A stretch of 64,000 nt of DNA, taken from contig NW_026262668.1 of NCBI RefSeq assembly GCF_021869535.1, positions 101,370,001 through 101,434,000 on the forward strand. The letters are read 5' to 3'. The notes below the pieces were generated by a model. It was not told where the DNA came from. It saw only the letters and a program-made list of their open reading frames with translations, and searched no databases. A program made the position numbers and the translations under genes. Below, piece by piece: positions 12,690 to 26,199 of the stretch (its first letter is position 1; every line of letters starts with the position of its first letter). This DNA is from Mytilus californianus. Its lineage: Eukaryota.

Positions 12690-14830
12690 ATGATAACTGG
12701 TTGTGCGAGACTTGGTACCTGCACAACTCCTTTTAAGGTTAGCCCTTGGGATGAATGTATCAGTTCTTGTATTCCATCATGCACTACTCTTCAATGCTTG
12801 TAGAAGGCTTTAGTTGCTATCTGTGCATTGCCTGTGCAAATCTTGTGAAATGGTCTGTCGTGACCAGGATTTATTGTTGACCTATGAATGGCTCAAATGT
12901 AAGGTAGTTCATATTCGTTATCCGCAGTGGTGTAATTGTTTAAATACTGAATAGCAGGACTATCTCGTTAGGAAGGGTCTTTCTTGGAATGCGTCTACAC
13001 AGTGTCATATCCATCATTCAATTTCCTTTGACCATGCTCAAATAACCTCTTAATGGTGGTTTTGTTTATAAAGATACTTGTATAAAACTAGATATGACGC
13101 GTCAGAATTTCTCAAGTTTATAATAAAATAATAAGTATATTATCGAAAATCAGTTCTGCACAAACGCAATGATAAACAACAATATGCAATTTCCCAACAT
13201 GAAAAACAGAGAGCAAGTCATGTAGAATATTTCTCAACAGTGACCAATTTCGTTTGACAAGGTGTCCCTTGTCGCTGCGTAGTGCTTGAACGGTTGTGAA
13301 CACGTGATGCTGGAAGTACTAGCTGTTGTCTAATTTCATCGTTGATAATGATGCCACATATTTGGCAGAAGTGAGAACGTAGGTCAAGGAATTATTGTCG
13401 GTCATCACTGTAAAATGAGCAGGTCCATACCAATAATCCTTGAACTTGTATGTGATTGCCCACTTTAAAGCTAAGAACTCCATCGTATGTGTCGGTAATT
13501 ACTCTCAGCCTTAGTAAGTCCTCTACTGGCCTACCATATGACGTGTTTTTCACCTTATTGTTCATGGTAAGTACCGCACCAAGTAGAAAACCTGACGCAC
13601 TTATATAAAGTTCACATTGCAAACTGCTGTCAGGGTACCTCAGTACCGGAGCTGATGTCAGTAGATTCTTCAGTTTCTTGAATACCCGATCTTGTACTCC
13701 TCGATGCCATTCTTTCTGTTATTTCGTCTTCTTTAGACCTTTTTTAACTGATGAAATTGGCATTAAATTTGACAATGGTCTGCTTTTTTTTATAAATTTC
13801 TTGATAAAGCGTCGGTAGTATCCAGGTAGTCCACGAAAACGTCAAACATCTAAAGGCGATGAAGGTGTAAGCCATGCCATGACTTTCACTGTCTTCTCTA
13901 TATCAGCTTTAACTCACTCCTCTAAAAAAATGTGTCCAAGGAACTTCACTCCTTGAAAAACTCCGTGGGTGCCGAATTCATGTTCGCTTTACCTATGCGG
14001 ATCCTTTCAAGTTTCAGGTTGTGAAGATGTTCCTCGTTAGTCTTCCCAAAAATGATCACATCGTCGATAAACACACAGCATATTGTAAGGTGGTATTTAG
14101 CCAGGCAATCTTACCTGAGTCTATTGTAGGTGGCGAAAATGTTGGTGAGTCCAAATTGCGATATGATATTCTAATAGAAGCCGAGAGGTCCTACCTTGAT
14201 GCAAGTCCTTTCCTTCGTGTGGTTCGCAGTGCTCTACCTGATGATACCTGGGCTTCATATCAACGACACTGAAAAGGGTACTTCCAGCAAAGCAATCAAA
14301 CAGATCCACAATCATCGGTAAACTATAACTATCCTTTTATATACGATTGTTGAGTTTACGACAATCAACACATTGACGTAGGCTATTGTTCTTTCGGACG
14401 AAAAACGGCATTGAAACAAATGGGCTCTTATAAGGTCTGATAATCCTCGTATCTGAAAGTCTCTTACTTCCTCATATATATGCTGATGGAGGAATTCTTC
14501 TATAGCGTTGCTTTAAAGGCTTGTCGTCTGTCATACCGATACGATGATTCACTATATCTGTATGACCTACGCACTCATCAGTATTTGAGATGATGTCCAT
14601 GTATGGAGCTTATAACTCTTTGATTTAGTTTCTCGTCTGTTGATGTGCTCTGTGTTATCTTTTTTCACTATGATGCCAGCCATTTCTTCTTCAGATTATA
14701 AACTTGGTGAAGGTTCTAGTTGGACTGGTTGTAATTCACATACTATGACCTTCTGTGGTAAACTCAGTGTTCTTGTGCTCAAGTTCTCTATGGTTACAGA
14801 GACTGGTTCATCCTGTTGGTGTTGATATGT
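12690..14830 (-). mobile_element. Decayed Ty3/Gypsy LTR-retrotransposon pol (RT, RNase H, integrase), many stops and frameshifts
   Basis: Minus-strand motifs in Gypsy order: IIRPYKSPF...CVDCRKLN and DLFDCFAGSTLFSVVDMKPRYHQV (RT), CCVFIDDVI (YxDD equivalent, about 14050-14075), ISASGFLLGAVL (RNase H), then integrase-like remnants at about 12700-13300. No LTRs found. Confidence 0.85.
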
Positions 14831-14929
14831 GATTATTCAACACCAAAGTCTTCAGAGTCTTTTGCTAAGTTACTAGGATGGATTAAAGCTTGTGTAGTTT
14901 GATATTAAACTTCCTTGTTAAAATATTAA

Positions 14930-15221
14930 TAGATATAAGAAGATGTGGTATGAGTGCCAATGAGACAACTCTCCATCCAAGTCACAATTTGTAAAAGTAA
15001 ACCATTATAGGTCAAAGTACGGCCTTCAACACGGAGTCTTGGCTCACACCGAACAACAAGCTATAAAGGGCCCCAACAATGACTAGTGTAAAACCATTCA
15101 AACAGGAAAACCAACGGTCTTATCTATATAAAAAACGAGAAACACTTATGAACCACATCAACAAACGACAACCACTGAATATCAGGTTCCTGACTTATGA
15201 CAGGTGCAAACAAATGCAGCA
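14930..15221 (+). repeat. Dispersed repeat, family P
   Basis: aagaagatgtggtatgagtgccaatgagacaactctccatccaag...gacaggtgcaaacaaatgcagc, highly similar to 54275-54690. Confidence 0.8.
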
Positions 15222-15404
15222 AACAAATAAGACAATGTAGTAGTAGTATTCGGTGTAATAATGGTCTTCCTGATTTCGGCTCTCTTTATAGTCTTTCTTC
15301 AGTAAACCCATGAAATATGATAACGTATTGATTCCTAGTAGAAGTTGAACATGCTGATTGTGTCGACTGTCCGGTATAACTAACATGATGTGATAGTCTG
15401 TAAC

Positions 15405-15660
15405 TTTCAAAACATACATGACATACCCTCTACTCCATCGTATGGCGCTTACATATCTCAATCGATACGCTACGCTCATGCATGTTCACACTATATTGAC
15501 TTCATTAACAGAGGTGTGTTCCTTATACAAAAACTGCTCCAACAGAGTTATGAGGAAGAACGATTGAAATCGACACTACATACGTTTGGCGGTCACCATC
15601 ATGAATTGGTTGACCGATACGATATGTCATTGTCTCATCTCACTAGCGACATGTTTTAGG
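15405..15660 (+). mobile_element. C-terminal fragment of a Penelope-like (Naiad-type) RT ORF
   Basis: IPSTPSYGAYISQSIRYAHACS...RLKSTLHTFGGHHHELVDRY...TSDMF* is homologous to the end of the ORF at about 30500-30600 (LKSSLRTFYGRHHELIDRY...TNMF). Confidence 0.8.
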
Positions 15661-15829
15661 AGAGGCTTACCCTGTCAACGTACTCGGTCTCACTGCTTTT
15701 TCATTTTAAACGATTCCTTCGGTTTTAGTATGTTACCTTGATTTTTCTAATTCAATTTATGAGGGTTGAACATCGGTTAACTACTGCTGCCTATATTTAC
15801 GCGATGTATCTGTCCATCTGGTAGGGTTC

Positions 15830-16119
15830 ATATGACATTGATTCTATAGTTATGGGTCATTGGTCAACACTAAGTTTTCGTTGTTATGTTTGTATTTCAG
15901 ATACTATCAGCAAAAGGTTACCTATTTTTTGGTGTATGTGGAATATTGTAAGGTGAACCTGTCCGTCTGGCAGGGTTCATCTGACCATGACCTCATTTAC
16001 ATGGATCATTGAAAAAGTTTTTGTACTTGTAGTAAAACATCTATCTTTAAAACTTTCAACAAAGACTCTAGGCATGATCAGTAAAGCAAGGGAGACATTT
16101 AAGCGTGTGCATTTTTGTT
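15830..16119 (-). mobile_element. Partial HINE element, family F2
   Basis: Reverse complement of the F2 head (aacaa..tgcacacgct.aaatgtctc) plus one core unit. Confidence 0.7.
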
Positions 16120-16139
16120 CAAGATAATTGCTCGCAAAA

Positions 16140-16450
16140 ACCCGCAAAAAATTGGTAAATTAGTCATGTTAGTCAACATCTTCTAAAAGCTGTCGCAACA
16201 TCTTCTAAAAGCTGTCGATTTACGATTTCGGTCACATGTTAAGACCTAGTCTTTTGCTGATCATCGTTGCTGTTTACAGTTTCTGTCTTATTAAGTTTTC
16301 ACGATAATTTAAAAAAAAACCATAAAAACAGGGTAAAAATAGTCATTAAAGGGATATAACTCCTATAAGGAATCGATCGACGATTCTTGAAATAAAATAT
16401 TACAACAGAGGCTTTGATTTTATCAAGATAAGTAGAATATTTAATGAATC
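16140..16450 (-). mobile_element. Internal core fragment of HINE family F1
   Basis: cgatttcggtca...gctgtttacagttt...aaaggg.tataactcctataagg is the reverse complement of the cores in 8510-9257. Confidence 0.65.
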
Positions 16451-17730
16451 TACTGTCCTTATATACTTTGATAGAATAGAACATCATATTATTGCGTTTA
16501 CATATAAAAATACCCAGTAGAAAATAAGTATACGTTAGTTACCTCAGAAATGGATGCCTTTGTTGAAAATAATTCACTTTAACACGAAATTGTGAAACAT
16601 AACAAAGGAACCCGACACCATCAATCCCAATAAGTTGGAAAGAGTGACGCCATGAAATTAAAGATGCTGATTCATACTATTCTTAAACATGGTTTAAACG
16701 GAAGAAAAATTGTGTCTAAATACCTCGATTCTCATTTCAATAAATGTAGTAAAATTGTAGATATTCGTACATCATCTACAGAAAATAATTTAGAAATAAC
16801 TAAAAAGGGTCAACAAAACTTTTGTTTTTAGGATTAAATATAAACTTGTATTACTCGGATACCGCTAATGTTCGTACAAGTCGTTACAACAGCCAACAAT
16901 AGGGGCAATTGTATCACGTTAATATGTTAATTCAAATTTTTCATGTTTTTGTAAAATATTTAGATCGAAGGACGCCTCAAAACCGGCGAAATAAATGAAT
17001 ATGTATCCGAATTTTAGACAGTATATGACTTAATTCCATTAAATTTTGGTCGTTGTTAAGGCTGTCCGTATATATTCATTGATAAACTTGGGACTCAAAA
17101 TTTGCCAAAATCTGTCCAAATTGCAGTTTTGAGCTATCTTTAGGCGTTTATACATGGTTGTCTGTTACGAAATAAGCCATGTTGTTGTTAGAACCTCAAA
17201 GTACACATGGAGAAGGATGTGTGATGAATAATTATTAAAATAGTTGAATTCTTTTGCAACAGAGTGTAAAAAATACAATTTTTGATGTTTAGATACATTA
17301 CATCCTTTTTCAATTGACCTTTCAATAATGTTTATGACTATGTCTGCACGACATTTTATACTATACTATACTTCAATACTTACCATACTATCAATTAGAA
17401 TTTTTCCTTTTTGTCTAATGGTTTTTTTCAAAATTTGTATAAATATCTTCTGTGATGAGATGATGAAATCTTTCAATTTTCTCCTTGACAACATTGTAAT
17501 CATTTTGCAGTTAAGCTTATCGCAGGTTGTGGGTTTCTATTGGTATCAATTGTGCACCTTTAATAGCATACTTGATTTTGTATTGTGTATAAAGCACAGT
17601 TTATGGCAAAATTTAATACAGATATTCCATACATTCTTTCAAAAAGCAACCCACCAATCTGCATTGTTTATGAAAAATTATAGCCATACTGAATATCCTA
17701 AAGCGTTTTTTTTGTTTTTGTTTGTTTTTT

Positions 17731-18352
17731 TAATGTCTCATATGCGACGATTTCGTCGCAGTATGCGAGACATAGGGATAACTATCCGGCGGTGGCTGCG
17801 GCGGTGTAAACTATTTGCATAAAGCTAAATATATTTCAGAAGGAAGAAGACCTTGATGCATCATACCTTGTATGTAGATACCTTATGTTACGAAGTTTCC
17901 GTCTGTCATATATCCATTGTCCTTGACCTCACTTTCATGGTTCAGCAACTGCTTGAAAAAATTATAGTTTTTTTCATGTGAATTTCTCACTTTTTATAAG
18001 TAATAAAATAACTATATTTGGTATGTGGGTTCCTTGCAATGACTACATGTCCGTCAGGCCGGGTTCACCTGACCTCGACCTCATTTCATGGATCAGTGAT
18101 CAAGGTTAAAGTTACATGATTATGTCCGTTTCTCAGATACTATAAGCAATATGTCAACTATATTTGGTGTATGGAATGATTGTAAGGTGTACATGTGTGT
18201 CAGACAGGATTCATCTGACTTTGACCTCATTGTCATGATTCTTTAAAAATGTTTATGGGATACTTATAGTAAAACCTTTATTTTTTAAGACTTTCAACAT
18301 AAAATCAACGACCAGTAAAGCAGGCGAGATATTTTAGCTTGTACAATCCTGT
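17731..18352 (-). mobile_element. Near-complete HINE element, family F2
   Basis: Terminal hairpin tgcgacgatttcgtcgca, (gcg)n-like tract, two cores, and reverse-complemented head gcaggcgagatattttagc. Confidence 0.8.
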
Positions 18353-19749
18353 TTTTTTTTTTTAAATCTCTTGGTAGCGTCAATGTGAGACGCTTTCCTT
18401 TGCTCTTTACTTATGTCTTGTTGTATATATTATGCTGTCATTATATATGTGTATTGCTAGAAGATTACTAAATAATAATTGTAATAACTTGTTTCCAGTC
18501 CTTTTGCTTTAAAAGTATTTCAATAAAATATTTTGAAACTACATGTATTTAAACTAATGCACTTCAAATTTACCTTGAGTAGCACAGTACGAGTCGATTC
18601 GGGTGTTTTACTTACTGGCATGCAGAAACGTAATCCTCCTAGTATGACAGTTGTTTATATTATTCGATGACATTTGTTGCTTTTGCTTTATTACTGGTAG
18701 TTTTTTATGTTTCATTGCGTTATTGTAGTATAAATTGTCAAGCAAAGTAAGTTTTGGGTTTATTACTTTTAACTGCTGAAGATTTGTTAACGGCTGTTTT
18801 CAGGGACATGGCGATTTTCTAGGTTGGAGACCTCGTTCTCTAAGCACCTGTCTGCAGCGAGATAATAATCGTAATTTAAATTTGTATATTATGAAGTCCA
18901 GGAAGACAGTTGAAGGAATTTAACCCTGCATTCCATTGCAGAATCATAATCTTATATCTTGGGTGTTTCAAAATATCATTCTTTTTTTATTTGATGATCC
19001 AATAAAATATTTTGGAAACTTGAGATAAGGATGAAAAGTTGCTTGGTTTACTTCGTGTAATGGTTATTCCCTTATATGCAATGAAATATTGTGTGAAATT
19101 TTCACGATAGTACTGGACAGGACAAAACTTTATCCATGCCAAGTATATCTTTATTTGAAACAAAGATAAATTCTGCAAATTTTTTTCGAAAAATGCCAAT
19201 TTAGCAAAGACTGATTGGGGAATACAATGGTGGTATTACCCCTTATAACACTAGAAATAGACATAAAACCCGAAACAGATGAAAAAGGACACCCGAAAAT
19301 CATTTTGTTTTCCGAATTTTTCCCCTTCTTACCAAAAATATACAATCATTAGGGAGGATTACAAACTACGGTTTGCATACTACCTTCGGGATTGAGAACA
19401 ATAGTGATTGGCTTGATCTGGAAGATGGATAGACGACACGAAAACAGGTCTCCTTATTTAGCACTATAAATACATAACTAAATATATTATAATTGTTACT
19501 CCCACTAGACGTTTTGCAAGCAACAATCAATATATTTATATCCATTTAAAAACACTTGTGTTCCTGTGTCCTGTCGATACCCAGATTCCGATCCAATACC
19601 ATCTGGTCGATACCAATATGTTGGCATAGCATAAGTTCGGGCTTGATGCTTTTTATGAGTTATGTTTCCACTATACCTGTTCGAGGGGTACTGGTTGATA
19701 ATGTTTGATATTTTTATCGGTTGAAATTCGGCTTTCCACAAGCTTTCAG

Positions 19750-20290
19750 TAACTACAGGTACTTGAAGACGGGTACGTTGAGTGTTTTATTTACGTCCGT
19801 TTTAAATCAACGTTTAATAGACTGGTCGGAAACGTTTGATATTGTGTCCGGTGACAAGTTCGGCTTTCGTCCCGGTCTTGCTACAGTAGATGCTATTTTT
19901 GCTCTTACATCATTAATTTTCAAATCTTTATCAGCCAAAAATCGTTTTTATTGTTGTTTTGTAGACTACACGAAAGCTTTTGACACTGTTCAAAGATTTT
20001 TGTTATGGTATAAACTATCAAAAATTGGTACTCAAGGTAAAATTTGTCACTGGTAATCAAATGAATGTGTTCTAATGTCAGTACTTGTGTGTGTTGATGG
20101 TTTAATTCTGATTATTTTACTAATATAGTAGGTTTAATGCAAGGTGAAGTATTATAACCAATATTTTTTTTTCAATGAATGTCAACGACTGTGAAATGGT
20201 TTTTATAGATAGTGACTCTATTCCCTATGAAGTAAAGGAGCTAACTTTATTTTTACTAATGTACGCTGACGATATGGTTACTTTTTCAGA
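19750..20290 (+). mobile_element. Non-LTR retrotransposon (LINE; RTE-X/CR1-like) RT, piece 1 of 4
   Basis: NYR...LFTSVLNQRL...KFGFRPGLATVDAIF...CCFVDYTKAFDTV...GLMQGEVL...LLMYADDMV. Confidence 0.9.
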
Positions 20291-20367
20291 ACTATTTATA
20301 TAATAGTTCTTCAATTACTATTATGTTTATTTCATAAATTCAAATTGTTCAAAGCAAACTCGAGTTA

Positions 20368-20650
20368 GGGAGCTACCATTTGATTTTTATGGGGGGGATA
20401 GGATGAAATTTGAAACAAATAGGCAGGACAGGAGTTTTGAATAAAAAAAAAGGCAGAATGAGATTATTTGCAAATAAAAAAAGGCAGGATGACAATTTAT
20501 GTAAAAAAAAAGTCAGGATAAACTAAAAAAAAAAAGGCAGGACCGAATAGAGTGAAAAATAAAAAGGCAGGACCGAATAGAGGGAAAAATAAAAAGGCAG
20601 GACAAAATTTTTCATCCTAGCCCCCCCATAAAAATCAAATGGTAGCTCCC
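20368..20650. mobile_element. PIF/Harbinger-type (Tourist-like) MITE, 283 bp
   Basis: TIR of about 28 bp (gggagctaccatttgatttttatgggggg), TTA target-site duplication at 20365-20367 and 20651-20653, and internal aaaaaggcaggac repeats. Confidence 0.85.
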
Positions 20651-21106
20651 TTATTGTACGATTTCTATAGGAAAGAGTTTTACGATTTCTATAGGAAAGA
20701 GTGAAGACCAGTCATAGTGATAACAGTCAATGCCATTCATGTAAGTGCAATTTTCAGTAGTTTTCTATAATTTTATAATTCTTGTTGCTGAGTAGTTTGT
20801 CTCTATCAGCATCAGAACGTACGGCAAAACGATCATTTGAGTCGTCTGTAGCAGACGTGCCTTCCAGTTCAGCCATGTTCCAAGCGTCTGAATCGCGATT
20901 GCGTTATATTAAAGGGACATCACTCTAAACAGAGAAACCACGCCCCACTGATCATTAACATGTAAAAGTCCGTTAACGACCGGTTTTCTGGTCCGTTTCT
21001 TTCTGTTAATGACCGATGGAATTTTTTACTAAAGAATAAAGAATGTCATGTGGCCCCTTTTTATCCAATAAGAGAAGCTAATTCTTAACCGATATGAAAT
21101 AAATCT

Positions 21107-21243
21107 GGTTTACAAACGTTACATGATACTGTGTATGATTACACCTCCAAATTGTCACTTAGTGTTGATATAGCAAAATCGAAAATTGTTGTTTTTAGAA
21201 AGGGTGGCAAAATACATGACAATGAAAAATGGTATTATAATAA
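21107..21243 (+). mobile_element. LINE RT, piece 2 of 4
   Basis: GLQTLHDTVYDYTSKLSLSVDIAKSKIVVFRKGGKIHDNEKWYYN continues the RT after YADD. Confidence 0.85.
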
Positions 21244-22410
21244 AAGAACGGAGTTCCAATGTCCCCCGCGTTGCACATATTTTATCTATCCAAGGCACAA
21301 GGGCAATAACTAAAAATAGCACTTTTTTTGTTCTATAAGACTTTTTATTAAAATCTTAAGAGAAATGAAGACTTCAGCTATGTGTGCCTGTCTCAAGTCA
21401 GGAGAATGTAGTTGAGTGGTTGTCGTTTTTTGCTGTTTCTCATATTTTCTTTTCGTTTATTGTTTTGCATAGTTCGCTCTTATGCTGTTCCGTTACACCA
21501 CTGTCCCAGGTTAGGGGGAGGGTTTGGCGCCAACAAACTAGTTTAACCCTGCAACATTCTGTATGTGCCTCTCCCAAGTCAGGAGCCTGTAATTCAGTGG
21601 TTGTCGTTTGTTGCTGTGTAACATATTAGTTTTTCGTTCTTTTTTTTTTGTACATAAATTAGGCCGTTAGTTTTCTCGTTTGAATTGTTTTACATTTGTC
21701 ATTTCGGGGCCTTTTATAGCTGACTATGCGGTATGGGCTTTGCTCATTGTTGAAGGCCGTACGGTGACCTATAGTTGTTAATTTCTGTGTCATTTGGTCT
21801 CTTTGTGGAGAGTTGTCTCATTGGCAATCATACCACATCTTCTTTTTATATTCAGAGCAAATGCAATGTGATTTCAATTATAATTAATATTTCCAAGGGG
21901 CATAACTCGTTTAAAATATTTGATCAGAACTTATTTTCGAAAGTGTCAAATACATTGCTGATATAAACCTATGATATAAGTTTCATACAATTCTGGCAAG
22001 AATTGATCCTATGAGAGCGCTTACTAACAATGCAATTTTCCGTATAATCAATATTCCCAAGGAGCATAACTCTTTTAAAATGATTGATTGGCACTGATTT
22101 TCGAACTCGTCCAAGACATTGCTGATATAAATCTATGATATAAGTTTCATAAAAATTTTGCAAGAATTGAACAAATGAGAGCGCTAACGATGCAATTTTC
22201 TATATAATTAATGCTTCCAAGGGACATAACTCTTTAAAAAATAATTGATCGGGACTGATTTTCAAACTCGTCCAAGATATTGCTGATATAAACCTATGAT
22301 ATAAGTTTCATAAAAATCTGGCAAGAATTGTACACGTGAGAGCGCTAACAAGACCGGACGGACGGACGCCCGGTATTTCTATGTCCCCCGCAACGCGTTG
22401 CGCGAGGGAC
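21244..22410. mobile_element. HINE-like element (family F6) inserted in the LINE
   Basis: Subterminal atgtccccc at both ends, about 3 cores of about 160 bp (ccaagg.gcataactc...gatataaacctatgatataagtttcata), (ggac)n, terminal hairpin cgcaacgcgttgcg. The LINE reads YYN|NQEIE across the junction. Confidence 0.8.
21378..21848 (-). repeat. Family P dispersed repeat nested inside the HINE element
   Basis: Reverse complement of the family P consensus (…ctcattggcaatcataccacatcttc). Confidence 0.8.
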
Positions 22411-22883
22411 AATAACCAGGAAATAGAAGTTGTAGATAAGTTTTGTTATCTTGGTATATTGGTAAATTTTAATGGTAAATATAATCTGCTACAGCAGAAA
22501 ATCTCTGAACAGGGTAGAAAAGCCTTTTTTGCCTTAAGGAGAACTATTAAAGATATTTATTAAAATTTTGTAACTTTACTTTCACTTTTTGATACTTATA
22601 TTAAAAGTGTACTTTGTTATGGCTGCGAAACATGGGCATTCATTAATCCCCAGCTATAGAGATAATACATCTGGGCTATTGTAAAAATATTATGAAAGTA
22701 TAAAGCTCTACTATTAATGTCATTGTGTATTATGAGCTAGGTAGATTGCCATTATTTGCACACCAGAAAATGTAGAATTTTCAAATACTAGTTTTAACTG
22801 TGTTTTGAAAAACTGTTACTGTTGTTTATATGATGATTTACAAAAATGTCCAATTAATAAGATAAATTGGTTGTATTTTATAA
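22411..22883 (+). mobile_element. LINE, piece 3 of 4
   Basis: NQEIEVVDKFCYLGILVNFNGK...QGRKAFFAL...LFDTYIKSVLCYGCETW...YYELGRLPL. Confidence 0.85.
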
Positions 22884-23862
22884 ATAAACTGTTATCACAG
22901 AGATATGTCTCGCTTTTTTGTAATTTTGATTATGCAAATGTTGAAATTAAAATGGCAATACTTAACAAGTTAGGCTAATATTTAAAGTCAATGAACCATG
23001 ACTGAGTTACATGGCTAAACCATCTCCATGTAAATGAGATGCGCCAATGCTAATACAACTGCATACCAAATATCATTGACTTATTTTGTTGTTCCCTTTA
23101 AACAAACCTAAACACAAACATTAACTTGTAAACTATGTAAAAGTTCAAAGTCAATGAACCATGAAGAGGGGGTGGAGCTATATGATCTCCATTGAAACGA
23201 TACATACAAATGCCAATAAATTTGCATACCAAATATCATTGACTTAACATTAGCAGTTCATCTTAAACTGATCTTATCACAAACTAATACATGTAAATTA
23301 AGCAAAAGTTTCAAAGTCAATAGGCCATGACAGAGGGGATGGGCCATATATTCTCCATTGAAATGAGATGTGCTAATGCTTATACAACTGAATATCAATT
23401 AACATTGGCCTACCACTAATGGTTCCCCTTGAACTGACCCTAATCACAAACTAATACATGTTAACTAAGCACAATTTTCAAAGTCAATAGACCATGACTA
23501 AGGGGGCTGAGCCAAATAATCTCCATGGAAATGAGATATGCCAATTCTTATACAACTGCATACCAAATATCATTGACCTACCACTTATGGTTCCTCATAA
23601 ACTGACCTAATCATAAACTAATACATGTAAAACAAGCAAAAGTTTCAAAGTCAATAGACCATGACTGAGGGGGCAGGGCCAAATAATCTCCATGGAAATG
23701 AGATGTGCCAGTGCTAAAACAACTGTATACCAAATACGATTGACCTACAACTTGTGGTTCACCACAAACAAGACCTAATCACAAACTGATACATTATTGA
23801 CGCCCTCCGCCGCCGGAAACAGCATACTTATGTCTCGCTTTTTGACTCCGTCAAGCGAGACA
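22884..23862 (+). mobile_element. HINE-like element (family F5) with about 5 tandem cores of about 165 bp, inserted in the LINE
   Basis: atgtctcgc subterminal motif at both ends, cores beginning aaagtcaat.gaccatgac near 22984, 23148, 23313, 23480 and 23646, (gcc)n, terminal hairpin tgtctcgctt...aagcgagaca. Confidence 0.85.
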
Positions 23863-24481
23863 AAAATGAGCTGCTAGGTATAGGTTTAGGTGATATTTGG
23901 TATAATCAAGCTTATTTTATAGATAGCAAGCGCTCCAGTGCTTTTTACTTAATAATTAAACAGCGCCTGTTTGATTGTCTGAAGCAAGATTTTGACAGCC
24001 AACTGAGTAATTTAGTTAAATGCTCAAGTTATAGATATATGGTTAAAAATTTTTGTTTACAATATTATAATAAGATATGTATTACCAAAATAAGACTTAG
24101 TAGTCATAATTTAGCTATAGAATGTGGACGTTACTCTGCAATTTCTAGAAGTAATAGACTGTAGTTTTTGTAAGGATGACATTGAGGATGAGATACATTT
24201 TATTTTAAAATGTCCCACTTATCATATTCTTAGATCTTATTTTATTAACCCTTTAATATTATTGGAGAAACCCTTCTATGTATAAATATATACAATCAAT
24301 GAGTTCGAATAATCTTAGCTATGTAATTTGGATAAATTAATATTTCGTGCACAAAAATTAAGATCTGACATGTTGTAATATGTTTCACACTACCTTCTGC
24401 TATTCTATGTATACTATGTGTAGTTTATATGTTGTATGCCTATAGTTGTTATGACTTTGGTAAATGAAGATTATTATTATT
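23863..24481 (+). mobile_element. LINE, piece 4 of 4 (C-terminal Cys/His domain, 3' UTR, (tta)n tail)
   Basis: NELLGIGLGDIW...ITKIRLSSHNLAIECGRY...DIEDEIHFILKCPTY, then a ttattattatt tail at about 24470-24481. Confidence 0.85.
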
Positions 24482-25144
24482 TCACTTTGTTCACTGTTCA
24501 GTTTTGTGATTGCAGATCTAATGAGTTAAGTTTTTTTCAGTTAGGGGAGGGTTTATGGATTGGAAAGTAAACATGTTTTCCTCCCCTTTCGATTATGAGT
24601 GTGCCTGTCGAAAACTACTATCCCATAGTGCAGTGGTTGTCGTCTTTTTTGAATGCCGTGTTGTGCTGGGTGGTTGTTTATCAATTTTTGTTCTATGGTT
24701 GATATACATCTCGTTGGCAATCGTGTCACATCCGCTTGTGTTTATATACAAACCAACTGGTTTTGGTAGGTACAAATATTTATATATCTTGAAGATGCAT
24801 CCTCATATATTTTACTGACATTTATTCTACGGAGTTCTGACAAAATTGTCCCTGCAAAAGAATTCTAAATAATCGGAAACCCGATGAAAGTTTCGTCAGA
24901 AGGAGTAGGTTACTTATACATCTTTAACATTCAATCGTGTTTGTGTCATCTGCTTTATCCATAAATTCTATCAAACATCCAATTTGGTATATCATCTCTA
25001 TTCCCATTAAATCAATTTTCACATCTAACATCTGACGCAACTTAAACAAAAAATCCCAATAGGAGAAGAACCAAAATTATAGCTCAAGGAAACGCAGGAA
25101 TGGTGAATGAGTCATCGTTACAGCTTGGGTATATTTGACTAGTA

Positions 25145-26199
25145 ATACAAAGTGTACATACTGAAACGTCTAAATGCGGCTTGATTTTATGTTGAAAGTC
25201 TTAAAAGATAAAGTTTTATTACAAGTATCCCATTAACTAACAATGATCCATGACAATGAGGTCAAGGTCAAATAAACACTGCCAGACAGACATGTATACC
25301 TAACAATCATGGCATGCACCAAATATAGTTGAACGTCTTGCTTACAGTATCTAACAAACAGACTTAGACAGGAAAACTAAACATTGACCAATGACCCATG
25401 AAAATGAGGTCATGGTCAGATAAACCCTGCCAGACAGACATGTACACCTTACAATCATTTTATACACCAAATATATTTTACGTATTTCTTAAATTTTCTG
25501 AGAACAGGACCAAACTACGAAAATTTAACATTGACCAATGAACCATGAACATGCCGGGGTCACTGAAAGATGATATTTACCAGATAGACATGTTCACCTT
25601 ACAATAATCATTCCATACACCAAATATAGTTGCCCTAATGCTTATAATATTAACAAAGCAGATCAAACACCCAAAAACGTAACATTGGACAATAATCAAG
25701 AAAAATAAGATCAATGTCAAATGAAATATGCCAGACAGACATGTACACCTTACAATCATCCCAGACACCACATATAGTTAACCTGCTACTTGTAGTATCT
25801 TAGAAACGGACCTAAGCACGTAACTTTAACCTTGAGCATTGGTCCATGAAATGAGGTCGAGGTCAGGTGTACCCTGTCCGACTGACATGTAGACCTGACA
25901 AGGAACCCATATACAAATAAAGTTATTCCATTAGTTACAATAAATTAGAGATTCACATGACCAAAAACAACTATACGATTTTAATAAGCAGTTGCTGAAC
26001 CATGAAAAGGAGCGCAAGGACACCGGACATATAACAGACGAAAACTTCGTAACATAAGGCACCTGTATACAAGGAATGAAGCATCCAGGTCTTTTCCCTC
26101 TGAACTAAAAACTTTATACAATAGCTTATATATGCCGACGCCGGATTGCATTCAATCCCTATGTCTCACATTCTGCTACTTTGGTCGCAGGCGAAACAA
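25145..26199 (+). mobile_element. HINE element, family F2, about 4 cores
   Basis: F2 head, repeated aacattgaccaatgaaccatg...cagacagacatgtacaccttacaatc units, and 3' end with gccgacgccg and a terminal hairpin. Confidence 0.85.

Noticed and set aside
12690-14830. Intact or domesticated Gypsy gene
   Set aside because: Numerous stops and frameshifts and no LTRs; an old relic.
16550-16830. Semi-open frame (MDAFVENN...KLKMLIHTILKHG)
   Set aside because: Two early stops, no splice support, no recognisable domain.
17328-17822. 164-aa ORF
   Set aside because: Low-complexity AT-rich codons, runs into a reverse-oriented HINE terminus, no recognisable motif.
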